Position numbers and translations under genes: made by a program
In this document: piece after piece, positions 1-10,051 of the stretch
Numbering within the stretch: position 1 is the first letter of the stretch
How the letters are laid out: every line of letters starts with the position of its first letter
NCBI GenBank assembly: GCA_029856105.1
Contig: JAHQWH010000189.1
Location: 32,001 to 96,000, forward strand
Direction: 5' to 3'
Source: Promethearchaeia archaeon
Lineage (GTDB): Archaea > Asgardarchaeota > Lokiarchaeia > Sigyniarchaeales > SOKP01
DNA length: 64,000 nucleotides
Notes under the pieces: generated by a model
The model's database searches: none
Seen by the model: only the letters and a program-made list of their open reading frames with translations
Told to the model about the DNA's origin: nothing

Positions 1-88
1 TTTAAAATTGCAAAATCACATAATTCATCTCTAATGAATGTCTAATTCTATGAAATACATTTTTAATCAATCTTTAATTTAAAATCAT

Positions 89-775
89 ATGGAAACGGAT
101 AAGTTAGAACAACTTCGAAAAACGGTTGTAAGAGGTGCTCAAGAGATATATAATAAAGGGTTAGTTGAGGATGGAGAAGGTAATGTTAGTGTAAGAATTA
201 ATAAAAATGAAATACTAGTTACGCCCACTTCAACAAAATATAACTTACTAAGTCCTGAGCTGATTGTCCATATGGATTTAGATGGAAATGTATTAGGTTC
301 AGGTAAAATTCCATCCACGGAAGTTAAAATGCATCTTGCTGTTTATAAGGATAGACCTAAAGTTAAATGTGTTATCCACACTCATTCTCCTTATATTACT
401 ATGCTTTCAGTTCTAAGAAGAGGCATTCCAATTATAATGGAACAACAATTAATTTTCCTTGGTGGAGAAATTAGATGTACTGAAATTACCGAAGCCCACA
501 CAGAAGAAATGGGACTAAGTGCGTTGAAAGCGCTAAGTAGAAATAACGGAGCGATACTCGCAAATCATGGGGCTATCATATGCGGAAAATCTGTTGATCA
601 TGCAGTTCGGTTTGCTATAATATTAGAAAAGTTGGCAAAAGTGTATTGGGGTGCACTACAAATTGGAGATCCATTATCTATCCCTAAGGAAAACCTTGAA
701 GAACACGAGAAGATGTTTAACGGATTATTTGCTTGTTATCCACGAAAAATGAGGAGTAAAAACCCAAATAGTTGA
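89..775 (+). CDS. Class II aldolase/adducin family protein (L-fuculose-phosphate aldolase-like)
   Basis: GNVS, TP(T)S, PSTE..MH, HTHS and NHG metal-binding motifs. Confidence 0.9.
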   Translation: METDKLEQLRKTVVRGAQEIYNKGLVEDGEGNVSVRINKNEILVTPTSTKYNLLSPELIVHMDLDGNVLGSGKIPSTEVKMHLAVYKDRPKVKCVIHTHSPYITMLSVLRRGIPIIMEQQLIFLGGEIRCTEITEAHTEEMGLSALKALSRNNGAILANHGAIICGKSVDHAVRFAIILEKLAKVYWGALQIGDPLSIPKENLEEHEKMFNGLFACYPRKMRSKNPNS

Positions 776-780
776 TTTTT

Positions 781-1611
781 ATGGAATTAGGTATCAGTTC
801 TTTAGGAGATATTATCGACTTTGGACTTAGTAACAAGTGGAAGAATGTTGATGATTTTTTGTTTAAATCCACAGAAGCATGTCTTAATTTTGCCGAAGAA
901 CAAGACATTGCTGTGGTAGAAATAGTTATAGATCCACAAAATATATTTATAAACGAGATAAAACAAAAATTCGTTGACTTGATGAGTTCTTATTCTATGA
1001 AAAAGCAAGTCCATGGTCCTTTTATCGATGTAAATTTATGTTCACACAATAATTCGATTTCTCAAGCTTCAGTAGAAGCCTATATTGAAACATCTAAACT
1101 TTGTGAAGAAGTAAATGTTAATATGATGACAATACATCCCGGTTTAGCGAACTTTATGATAGAATCAATTAGAGAATATAACAAAATTCAGTTAACCAAG
1201 GCGATTGAGACTTTATTAGATTTCACAAAAAACCTTAATTTAACGATTTGCTTAGAAAATATGCCCAAAAATACTAATATCATGTTAGATGAAAATAATA
1301 TTTACGAAATATTAAGGAAAATTAATAGAACTGATCTTTTTCTTACCTACGATACGAGTCATTTTTATACTAACAACGGAAATGTAGAGGATTTATGGGA
1401 AACATCCCATAACATTATCAAGAATGTACACTTAGTTGATAATTTCACTAAAGAAACCGATACACACCCGCCTCTAGGCAGTGGAAAGGTCAAATTTAAA
1501 GAAATCTTAGAAATTATCAACAGTTACAACTATAAAGGAGCTCTAATTATAGAACTATCCTCTAATAAGAAATTACAAGAGAGTATCGATTATATTAACC
1601 GGTTTTTGTAA
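781..1611 (+). CDS. Sugar phosphate isomerase/epimerase (xylose-isomerase-like TIM barrel)
   Basis: HGPF.DVNL, IHPG, LENMP, DTSH, VHL.D, DTH.PLG.G motifs; ATG at 781 preferred over TTG at 772. Confidence 0.85.
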   Translation: MELGISSLGDIIDFGLSNKWKNVDDFLFKSTEACLNFAEEQDIAVVEIVIDPQNIFINEIKQKFVDLMSSYSMKKQVHGPFIDVNLCSHNNSISQASVEAYIETSKLCEEVNVNMMTIHPGLANFMIESIREYNKIQLTKAIETLLDFTKNLNLTICLENMPKNTNIMLDENNIYEILRKINRTDLFLTYDTSHFYTNNGNVEDLWETSHNIIKNVHLVDNFTKETDTHPPLGSGKVKFKEILEIINSYNYKGALIIELSSNKKLQESIDYINRFL

Positions 1612-1823
1612 ACAAATGCGAATATTCCATGATACGAAACTATTATTTTTAGAACAGCATTAATTTTTTTTACATTCTATTCTGCGTAATTTTTAAGGCC
1701 CATACTCTATCAATAATCTACAATCTAAATTCGCAATATAGTCTTGGAGAAAATTCTTAAATATTTATTAATAATTAAAATACTTAGTTTACTTTTTTAA
1801 AGACAAAATTGTCGTGTTTGATT

Positions 1824-3032
1824 ATGAAATTTTCTGCGTTTGGAGAAAGATTTTTATTTTTAGCACATCGTATAGACAAACACAATAAGGGATATGTAGA
1901 TTTTTATATTGGTCCAAAAAAAATACACGAAATCGTTGACAATGAGGTTATAACTTCACCAAACAAACTATTAACCGATTGCAAAGCTCTACAAAAAGAT
2001 TTGTCTAAACAAGGTTACGATAAAAAACGCGAGCGATACATAGAGAAATTACTCAGAGCAATGGAGTCTTCCATCGAAATTCTAAACGGTAGCGAGATTT
2101 CTATTAAGGAACAATTTTTAAGGCAGTATGATGTAGTCTTACAACCAGTTAAAGAATCTGAATTAGATAACTTAAAAGAAGAGTTTAACGCAGCATATGG
2201 TGGTCCTGGGAGCTTAGAAAAACGAATGAACAATTTAAGAGTACGACGAACTGTTCCGGAGGGTAAAGTATTTGAACTATTTAAAAAGGCTCTCAACATC
2301 ACGAGAGAGCGAACTAAAGATTTATTTGTCGATCTCTTACCTGAAAATGAGCATGTAAATTTAGAGTTAGTAAAAAATAACAATAAAAATAAAGCAAAAT
2401 GGTCTTATTACAATTGGTACTTGGGTAATTTTAGCTCCCGAATAGAGGTTAACCCGAATTATAACATGTATTGGACTGCATTTTTGTCTGCTGCCGCTCA
2501 CGAAGGGTACCCTGGCCATCATACAGAATTTACTGTTAAAGAACAGAGGTTATATCGCGAGTTAAATCAATTTGAACACTCAATTCTGCTACTAAATTCG
2601 CCCAAGTTAATAATTAGCGAAGGTATAGCGAATACAGCAGTTAATGTGCTTTTTTCTTATCGAAACCAAGCAGAAATTAGTTTACGAGAATTTTGTCTAA
2701 ATTCTTCAAAGGAAGATCCTCTTGATATTTTAATGAAACAAAATAAAGTGAAAGTAAAAACTCATCTTTTTTTGTATAATCTTGCATATTACGCGCTTAT
2801 TGACGGGTGGAGCGAGGAGAGATTAATTCGGTACGCAACCAGTTTTGAAATCTTTAGTCAAGAAAACATTAAAAATCAATTAAAATTAATATTTAATCCA
2901 GTATATTCAACTACTGTTTTCTCGTATAATCTAGGAACAAATCTCATAATAGATAAATACGGAGACCTTCTGAAAGTTAAGGACTTTCAAAACCTATTAG
3001 TAACCGCAATCTTTCCCTCAGATCTGGTGTAA
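1824..3032 (+). CDS. DUF885-like putative zinc metallopeptidase (paralog 1)
   Basis: HEGYPGHH and downstream EG motif; start set at ATG 1824 by alignment with the paralog at 30880-32082. Confidence 0.7.
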   Translation: MKFSAFGERFLFLAHRIDKHNKGYVDFYIGPKKIHEIVDNEVITSPNKLLTDCKALQKDLSKQGYDKKRERYIEKLLRAMESSIEILNGSEISIKEQFLRQYDVVLQPVKESELDNLKEEFNAAYGGPGSLEKRMNNLRVRRTVPEGKVFELFKKALNITRERTKDLFVDLLPENEHVNLELVKNNNKNKAKWSYYNWYLGNFSSRIEVNPNYNMYWTAFLSAAAHEGYPGHHTEFTVKEQRLYRELNQFEHSILLLNSPKLIISEGIANTAVNVLFSYRNQAEISLREFCLNSSKEDPLDILMKQNKVKVKTHLFLYNLAYYALIDGWSEERLIRYATSFEIFSQENIKNQLKLIFNPVYSTTVFSYNLGTNLIIDKYGDLLKVKDFQNLLVTAIFPSDLV

Positions 3033-3672
3033 GGCTACAATAATTGCATATATTGATTTTAATATAATATTTTATGCTAAATCATAGATTTATGTTTAAG
3101 ATTTTCTCAATTCCTTTTAATAATTTATCTTCTGAAAACTTGCATTATCTTCTTAAAGAATTTTTAATGAAAATATTAATTTAGAATAGATTTATTCTAC
3201 ATTGAAATAAATGTTTATTTAATAATCCTCAAATACGATTTGAGAGTTCGATAATTAATGTTATTCGCTTTTTATTTTTTAGGGGTTTAAATAAATATTA
3301 TCAATTAATTAATTAGTTTTGAAGAAACTAAGTATAAACATTTATATTCGGTTTCAAATTTTAAAGAAGAAGATATTAATTTCATTTCATTTAACAAATA
3401 GAGTGAAGAAAATGCCTGGTCAACCATATATCATACCATAAATGGATGTTTTATATAAAAACATCATATATTTTCCTTTCTTTTTTATACTTATTGTCGG
3501 TATTCCGATAATCATCCACCGCTGAGATCGGGGAAAGTTGCCTTTAAAGGGATTTTAGAAACTATAAGGTATTATCAATATAAAGGGGTTTAACCCAAAA
3601 ATTTCTCTAAAATTAATTTGTTTAATAGAAATTTTATACACTTATTTATGAAATAGTCTTATAAAATATATA

Positions 3673-4065
3673 ATGAAAATCATATCTCTTCAAATTAGCG
3701 ATGACTTGTTAGATAGGTTTGAAAAAGTTCGAAATCAGAGTGGATTTAGTTCAAAAAGCGAAGCGTTAAGAGATTCGATAATAAAATTCATTGAAATTCA
3801 TGAAAGTTTCGAAAACTTAGAAGGATATCGAATTATGACGATAAATCTTGTCTATCCATTTAAAGAACCTATTGCTGATGAAATTTCTGAACTTTATCAC
3901 AAATTTCACACCATAATCAAGGCCGTTACCGATTGGAGAATTGCAGAAAAAAAAATTGAAATAGTTTTAGCCGTGGGTGAAATTGGTGTTATAAAAGATC
4001 TTTATCAAGCTATATCTAAGATCAAAGACGTAATAAGCTCAATCCACGAAGTCATAATCGATTAA
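3673..4065 (+). CDS. CopG/NikR-family ribbon-helix-helix transcriptional regulator
   Basis: N-terminal IISLQISDDLL...FSSKSEALRD RHH followed by an ACT-like domain; the NikR nickel-ligand His pattern is not evident. Confidence 0.8.
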   Translation: MKIISLQISDDLLDRFEKVRNQSGFSSKSEALRDSIIKFIEIHESFENLEGYRIMTINLVYPFKEPIADEISELYHKFHTIIKAVTDWRIAEKKIEIVLAVGEIGVIKDLYQAISKIKDVISSIHEVIID

Positions 4066-4076
4066 TTAATTCACAT

Positions 4077-4931
4077 TTAATCAAATCGAAGTGAAAAATC
4101 TACAAATTCGGTAGGTTTTTGCGTGAGCACACTTGTACTTATTATATCGGGCTCGGATATTAAATAATCAACTATATTATCTTGCGTGATATTTCCCGAA
4201 ACTTCAATAGTGACATTTTCGCGTAAATTATGCTTTTTTAATAAGTTAATCGCATCTTGTACGCTATCAGGATTCATATTATCTAACATTATTATATCTG
4301 CTCCGTTTTGTACAGCAATTAGAACATCCTCAACTTTTTCCACTTCAACTTCTATCTTTTTTGTGAAACTAACGTTGTTTTTCACATCTATGAGAAGTTC
4401 TGCGACATTTCCGTTATAAAATTTTAAGTGTGTTGACTTTAAAAGCACCATATCATCTAAGTTAAAACGATGTGTATCTCCTTTTCCAAAATCTACGGCT
4501 TTTTTTTCAAATAATCGTAAACCAGGAAGGGTTTTTCGAGTACATGCTATTTTAACTATTTTCCCGGATTTTTCAATTATCTTAACAAATTTACGCGTTG
4601 TTGAGGTAATTGCGCTCATATGGCTCATAAGATTTAAACCCACTCTTTCGCCTAACAAGATATCTTTAGTTTTTCCACGTAATTCTACTATTACATCTCC
4701 ATTTTGGATTTGATCGCCATCTTCTTTCCTGAGAGTAACATCAACTTCTAAAATATGAAATAATATCTCAATTTCTTCTATACCCGATAAATACCCGTCA
4801 CTTTTAGCAATAATCTTAGCGGACGAAATTGAATCCGAAGGGATTGATTTTGAACTAATATCAATAAACATACAATCTTCGTGCAAAAACTCTCTTATTT
4901 TTTTTTCAATTAAAATGCGATTAAAACTCAT
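4077..4931 (-). CDS. nadC: Nicotinate-nucleotide pyrophosphorylase (carboxylating)
   Basis: TRKTLPG, HRFNL.D, IEVEV, IIMLDN, EVSGNI motifs. Confidence 0.95.
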   Translation of the reverse strand: MSFNRILIEKKIREFLHEDCMFIDISSKSIPSDSISSAKIIAKSDGYLSGIEEIEILFHILEVDVTLRKEDGDQIQNGDVIVELRGKTKDILLGERVGLNLMSHMSAITSTTRKFVKIIEKSGKIVKIACTRKTLPGLRLFEKKAVDFGKGDTHRFNLDDMVLLKSTHLKFYNGNVAELLIDVKNNVSFTKKIEVEVEKVEDVLIAVQNGADIIMLDNMNPDSVQDAINLLKKHNLRENVTIEVSGNITQDNIVDYLISEPDIISTSVLTQKPTEFVDFSLRFD

Positions 4932-4987
4932 TTTTACCAGATTCTTTAAGCAGTATTATTATTATAGATTAAACACTAATTAAAATT

Positions 4988-5650
4988 ATGCATGGCATTG
5001 ATAAAATATTTATTGAAACTAATGAAATTAGGCTTGAAGCCGAGTTTTTTCAGTTGAAAAACTCGGTTGTTTTAATTTGTCACCCACATCCTCAATTTTT
5101 CTGGGTTTGAAACCCTAAAAAGGGAAAATATGGGGGCAATATGTACAACAATGTCGTATCTGGCGTTTTTAATATGTGTGTTCAAAATAAAATTTCATGT
5201 TTACGGTTTAATTTCAGGGGAGTAGGAAGTTCAACAGGAAGTCATACTAGTGGAAAGGGCGAGTTAAGCGATGTGGAAGCTTGTATTGATTTTTTAATAA
5301 CCGAGAAAAATATTGAAAAAATAATAATTTGTGGTTATTCCTACGGCGCTGCTATCGGGTGTTCTGTTGTAAATTTTTCTAAGAAAATAATTGGTTATTG
5401 TGCAATTTCTTTTCCTTGGGATTTTATGGGCTCAAAATATAAAAAACTTTCTCAAACTAAAAAACCAAAATTGTTTATTCAAGGGAATCGAGATACTATA
5501 GCACTCTATGAAAATTTTGAAAACCATTATAATTTCTATTTCGAACCAAAAAAGTATAATATTATTAATGGAGCCGACCACTTTTACTCGGGATTTGAAG
5601 AAAATGTCGCACAAGAAGTAAGCGAATTCTACAATTCGATTACAAAATAA
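4988..5650 (+). CDS. Alpha/beta hydrolase, spliced: join(4988..5094,5128..5650), 209 aa
   Basis: ATG 4988 gives MHGIDKIFIETNEIRLEAEFFQLKNSVVLICHPHPQ; removing 5095-5127 yields the family motif HPHPQYGGNMYNNVV; downstream RFNFRGVG.S.G, GYSYGA nucleophile, QG..D and GADHF. Confidence 0.88.
5095..5127 (+). other. Candidate 33-nt bulge-helix-bulge mRNA intron
   Basis: Central helix UCCU(5089-92):GGGA(5122-25), bulges CAA(5093-95) and AAA(5126-28), inner helix UUUUU:AAAAA capped by a GGGUU/AACCC hairpin, outer helix CCCA.A:U.UGGG; contains in-frame TGA at 5108-5110. Confidence 0.85.
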
Positions 5651-5704
5651 GATATTATGAGATTTTTAATAAGAAAAGAGAAGTATCAGAAAAACTGATG
5701 TTCC

Positions 5705-6103
5705 TTAAATGGAAGATAACTTTTCTAAATCTGGTCTAGCATTTTCAACCGCCCAATCGAGGAGTTGGTCGTAATAAGATTCAATTTCATTAGATTCCGG
5801 ATTTTTTGATAGTACCGCTAAAATGAATTGCGTTTTTTTATCTGACATAATTATATTTCGACAAATAATAAAATCTTCTGAATATTTAATCTTTATACTA
5901 GAAAGTAAAGATAAATTCATCTCCTCAGACGCGTTTGATGCAGCATCACTTAATAATGAGCCCATGGCTGCAACAACCCGCTCATCAATGTCTTCTGATT
6001 TTTGCGATGCTAAAACTAATCCTGCATTTGTAGCAAGAAGAGAAGCCCTAAAATTACCATTATCATTTAATTCTTTGAGAACTTGGTCAAGTCTGCTTAC
6101 CAT
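5705..6103 (-). CDS. Roadblock/LC7 domain protein
   Basis: ASLLAT..GLVLAS....DE..VAAM roadblock pattern, 132 aa. Confidence 0.8.
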   Translation of the reverse strand: MVSRLDQVLKELNDNGNFRASLLATNAGLVLASQKSEDIDERVVAAMGSLLSDAASNASEEMNLSLLSSIKIKYSEDFIICRNIIMSDKKTQFILAVLSKNPESNEIESYYDQLLDWAVENARPDLEKLSSI

Positions 6104-6204
6104 AAGAAATATTCACTCATTAAGTATTATAAACAATTTTATAAAAATTCTCTCTTAACTTTGATATTATAAATATTATGAACAATTTAGTATTAAATTT
6201 TACC

Positions 6205-6729
6205 TTATGTCTTTTTTATGTTTATTACAAATGTGGATAAAATATTATCTTCGTCAATCTTTAACGTTATTACGCTTGGCCTCGCTATAGGTTTTTCAAA
6301 GCCTCTTTTTGGAATAGGTGCTTTAGGTTTTGTAGGACTTCCCGGATTAATTAATAAAGTATTGTAAGGTGTACCTGCTATGAGTGGCTGATGTGTATGT
6401 CCAAAAATAAGGATGTGGAGGTTATTTCGCTTAAAAAAGTCTTCTAAATTATCAGGTTTCTTGTGAATTACACCAATGTTATAATTTTCAACATGGAATT
6501 TAATAAATGTCTCTAATCCCGTTATTTCATCTAAATCGCTTTTTACGCATCTAACTGGAGCGATATTTTTCAAATCTTCTAAAAAAAAAGGTTCACATAC
6601 ATCTCCAGCATGTATGATTTCGTCAACATCTTCGAAGGCTTCTTTTAATTGATTAATTAAAGTTTCAACTAGATTAGGTTCGTCGTTCTTTGTTATGTGA
6701 GTATCTGAAATTATCCCTAATTTTACCAT
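6205..6729 (-). CDS. YfcE/Vps29-like metallophosphoesterase
   Basis: ISDTH, HAGD, GHTH.P, INPGS motifs; the usual GN motif is replaced by SD. Confidence 0.85.
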   Translation of the reverse strand: MVKLGIISDTHITKNDEPNLVETLINQLKEAFEDVDEIIHAGDVCEPFFLEDLKNIAPVRCVKSDLDEITGLETFIKFHVENYNIGVIHKKPDNLEDFFKRNNLHILIFGHTHQPLIAGTPYNTLLINPGSPTKPKAPIPKRGFEKPIARPSVITLKIDEDNILSTFVINIKKT

Positions 6730-6741
6730 TTTTTTTCTTTG

Positions 6742-7812
6742 CTATAATATAATTACTCCAATAGTAAAAATAATCAAACCGAATAAAAAATCCATCATTA
6801 TCCTAACAATTTTTTTAAACCAATTCTCTCCGATCTCATTATCATTTTTGAAATATGAAAAAAATTCTTTAAAACCTATTGATAAAATTTCTTTGATTCG
6901 AGAGAATTGCCAAACAAACAAAAATATACTAATAACTAATAATGGAACATAAACAATGAAGCTCATTAATGAAAAATCGTTACCGTGTATAAAATTCCAA
7001 ATTGAATGGGCAGAAATAATATTATTTACTGCATGAGCAAAAATTACTGGAAATATCCAACGTCGTCTTAAAACCAGCATCGCAAGAATAATTCCTACTA
7101 AAAAAGTCTGTAAAAACCAAATAATAGGAAAAATTATTGGTAACCCGATACCAGGTATCGCAAAAATATAATTAAAATGTCCTAAACCAAAAAAAAAGGA
7201 AGTAACAATTACGGCAGACATTTTTTTAAAGTAAACACTTCCTCTATTAGCTAAAAAACCTCTAACTAATGTTTCCTCATATATAGCGACAGAAATTTGT
7301 ATTATAATAACAGATAGAAGAAACACGTAATAACTCTCCATAAAGTAAGAGTTGTAAGATAATTCATCCGTAGGGTTTATAACTATGGACGAATAAGATA
7401 GCATTTCAGGTAAAAATAAATACCCAAAAAAATCTAACGGTATAAAAATTAAAAAAAGTAATAATATCCCATATAAAAGCTGATATTTAAAATTCTTTTT
7501 TGTAATATTAAATAAAGATAAAAAGTTCTTTGAAGGGCTGACATCCTCTTCTAAAATTAATTTTTTTCTTTGAGGCACCATTATAAAATTGGATAAATAT
7601 AGAAATAAAGGAATCGCAACGATAATAATTGCCGCTCTCACTATAAAAAAAAGAGGTTCAAAAATTATAGATTCAAAATCAATAAAGAAAGGTAGTAGAA
7701 AAGTAGGAATTAACATAAAAATAAAGATTCCAAGAAAAATAATTAGAACTTCGAAGAAATAATATATTCGTTGATTAAATATTGTTTTTAAAGGGTTTTT
7801 AGGTCTTCTCAT
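6742..7812 (-). CDS. CPBP (CAAX/Abi) intramembrane metalloprotease
   Basis: Multiple TM segments; EE...RG, FG..H and H...N motifs. Confidence 0.88.
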   Translation of the reverse strand: MRRPKNPLKTIFNQRIYYFFEVLIIFLGIFIFMLIPTFLLPFFIDFESIIFEPLFFIVRAAIIIVAIPLFLYLSNFIMVPQRKKLILEEDVSPSKNFLSLFNITKKNFKYQLLYGILLLFLIFIPLDFFGYLFLPEMLSYSSIVINPTDELSYNSYFMESYYVFLLSVIIIQISVAIYEETLVRGFLANRGSVYFKKMSAVIVTSFFFGLGHFNYIFAIPGIGLPIIFPIIWFLQTFLVGIILAMLVLRRRWIFPVIFAHAVNNIISAHSIWNFIHGNDFSLMSFIVYVPLLVISIFLFVWQFSRIKEILSIGFKEFFSYFKNDNEIGENWFKKIVRIMMDFLFGLIIFTIGVIIL

Positions 7813-7870
7813 AATTTATCTATCTCTAACAACAAGTTCTATGAATAACAAATAATTAAATCGAAATATA

Positions 7871-8845
7871 TTAAATTTTTTTATTTGAAGCATTCAAAAA
7901 AAAATTTATTTCCTTTCTACTTGGAATCCCATTTCTTGCCCCTAATTCTTGTATACAGTTCCCAGCTACAAAATTTCCGATTTTTACATTATTTTTAAGG
8001 TGTTCAAATTTTAAGTTTATATCACGAACAAAACCATAAATGAATCCCGCTGAAAATGCGTCACCCGCTCCAGTAGTGTCAATTAAACTACTTACTTTTA
8101 TTGGATGTAGAAGTTCTGCTCTACTGTTGGTTAGTAATAATGCTCCTTTTTTGCCTAATGTAGTAATAATAACTTGTATACCTAAATTAAATAGGGTACT
8201 CGATTTTTCTTGGATTAAATCTTCGTTTAAATCACATTGTTCTATATCAAAAAGAGTTGCATATTCATTTTGAGAAAGAATTAATATATCAATTTTCTCC
8301 AGCAATTTTTTAATGTTCTTTAAACCTTGTTCGCTGATTAACATACCAGGATTTAAAATAACAGGTATTTTGTTGTTTCTACAAATAATAGCGGCTTCAA
8401 TAAATGGTTCTAAATTTTTTAAGCTACTTAAGAAAATTACTTTTGTATTTATCAATTCTTTTTCTAAAAGATCTTCCTTTGAAAGATAATTTGCGGCACC
8501 ACTATGAGCATATATTCTTCGGTCTCCTTTTTCATTTAAAGCAATATAGGCAGAACCAGTTCCATGGTGCTCAGAATATTTAATAAACTTAGTAGCAACA
8601 TTTACTCTCTTGAAATCGTTAAGTATTTTTTCGCCAAAAGTATCGTGTCTCCCTAACTTTCCAATGAACGCTGTTGATAATCCCATTTTCGCACAAGCAT
8701 AAGCAGTATTAGCGGCTGCTCCACCAGATAATAAAGTTAAGTCTGATACGAATACTTCATCATCATCAGCAGGATGTCTTATTACTTGAGCTACCATATC
8801 AACAAGGGCGGCCCCTATACAAATTACGTCAAAAATCTCAATCAC
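7871..8845 (-). CDS. PfkB-family carbohydrate/nucleoside kinase
   Basis: GGAAAN.A and DTTGAGDAF signatures. Confidence 0.92.
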   Translation of the reverse strand: MIEIFDVICIGAALVDMVAQVIRHPADDDEVFVSDLTLLSGGAAANTAYACAKMGLSTAFIGKLGRHDTFGEKILNDFKRVNVATKFIKYSEHHGTGSAYIALNEKGDRRIYAHSGAANYLSKEDLLEKELINTKVIFLSSLKNLEPFIEAAIICRNNKIPVILNPGMLISEQGLKNIKKLLEKIDILILSQNEYATLFDIEQCDLNEDLIQEKSSTLFNLGIQVIITTLGKKGALLLTNSRAELLHPIKVSSLIDTTGAGDAFSAGFIYGFVRDINLKFEHLKNNVKIGNFVAGNCIQELGARNGIPSRKEINFFLNASNKKI

Positions 8846-8867
8846 ATTATATATTTTTTAAATGAAT

Positions 8868-10049
8868 TTAATAGTAATTAAAAGATCCAAATTCTGATTT
8901 TATTTCTAGTTGGTTTTTGTTCTTATGAGACGATTTTTCACATTGCCCGATGATTTTTGATTCGATGTTGTATTTTTTAGCAATATCCATAATTTCTTTA
9001 GCAATTGACTCATCACAACAAATTTCCATTCTATGACCCATATTAAACACTTGATACATTTCTTTCCATAAAGTTTCTGAAGATTTTTTTATAATTTCAA
9101 ATATTTTGGGAATTTTAAAAAGATTATTTTTAAGATAAGTCATACCTTTACCAAAATTGAGAATTTTCGTCTGGCCCCCTCCCGTGTTATGTATTATTCC
9201 GTGAATTTCCTCTCGATATTTTTTTAGTACATCCAACAATAATGGAGCATAAGTTCTAGTCGGAGACAATAAAGCTTCTCCTACAGTCAAACTCAATCCT
9301 TTGATCTTATCGGTAAGTTGATAATTCCCAAAAAAGATAAATTGTTCATCAAGGTTTTGATCATAACATTCAGGGAATTTGTTATAATATGCATGAGATA
9401 GAACTCCATGTCTGGCTAAAGTCAATCCGTTACTTCCTATTCCGCTATTAAATTCGTCTTCATACGATGCTTTTCCATCACTAGCGAATCCAACTATCAC
9501 ATCTCCTGCCTTGATGTTTTCAGCATTAATAATATCTTCTCTTTTCATACTGGCAAAAACTGAGGCATCAATTAGTAGAGTTTTTACAATATCTCCTACA
9601 TCAGCAGTTTCGCCTCCGCACATTACGACATTTAGACCAAATTCAGACAGCTTTTCGCTATATGTAAAATATTCTTTAATTATTGTACTAATAACTTCGC
9701 CCGAGATAAACCGTTTATTTCGACCGATATTATTAGATATAAAAAAATTACCAGTAGCTCCAACGCACAACATATCATCAATATTCATAACAATAGCGTC
9801 TCTTACAATCCCCCTAAAAACAGATATTTTGTCCGTTTCTTTATAATACATATAAGCTAGGCTTGCTTTTGTTCCTGCTCCATCTGAATGAAATATTGAA
9901 CAATAATCATCCCTCATACCTACATCTTGTACTATTTTACAAAATGCTCCGGGGAATAATCCTTTATCAATCGATTGGATTGCTTTATGAACATCTTCCT
10001 TTTTTGAGGAAACCCCTAATTGAGAATATATATCTTTTTCGTCAGACAT
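8868..10049 (-). CDS. purM: Phosphoribosylformylglycinamidine cyclo-ligase (AIR synthase)
   Basis: DGAGTK, GGETADV, GSNG.TLAR, LSPTRTY, MYQVFNMG motifs. Confidence 0.9.
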   Translation of the reverse strand: MSDEKDIYSQLGVSSKKEDVHKAIQSIDKGLFPGAFCKIVQDVGMRDDYCSIFHSDGAGTKASLAYMYYKETDKISVFRGIVRDAIVMNIDDMLCVGATGNFFISNNIGRNKRFISGEVISTIIKEYFTYSEKLSEFGLNVVMCGGETADVGDIVKTLLIDASVFASMKREDIINAENIKAGDVIVGFASDGKASYEDEFNSGIGSNGLTLARHGVLSHAYYNKFPECYDQNLDEQFIFFGNYQLTDKIKGLSLTVGEALLSPTRTYAPLLLDVLKKYREEIHGIIHNTGGGQTKILNFGKGMTYLKNNLFKIPKIFEIIKKSSETLWKEMYQVFNMGHRMEICCDESIAKEIMDIAKKYNIESKIIGQCEKSSHKNKNQLEIKSEFGSFNYY

Positions 10050-10051
10050 TT

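Noticed and set aside
5108-5110. In-frame TGA read as selenocysteine or stop readthrough in the hydrolase
   Set aside because: It would leave an 11-residue insertion in the conserved HPHPxxGG motif at a non-Cys position; BHB excision explains the sequence exactly.
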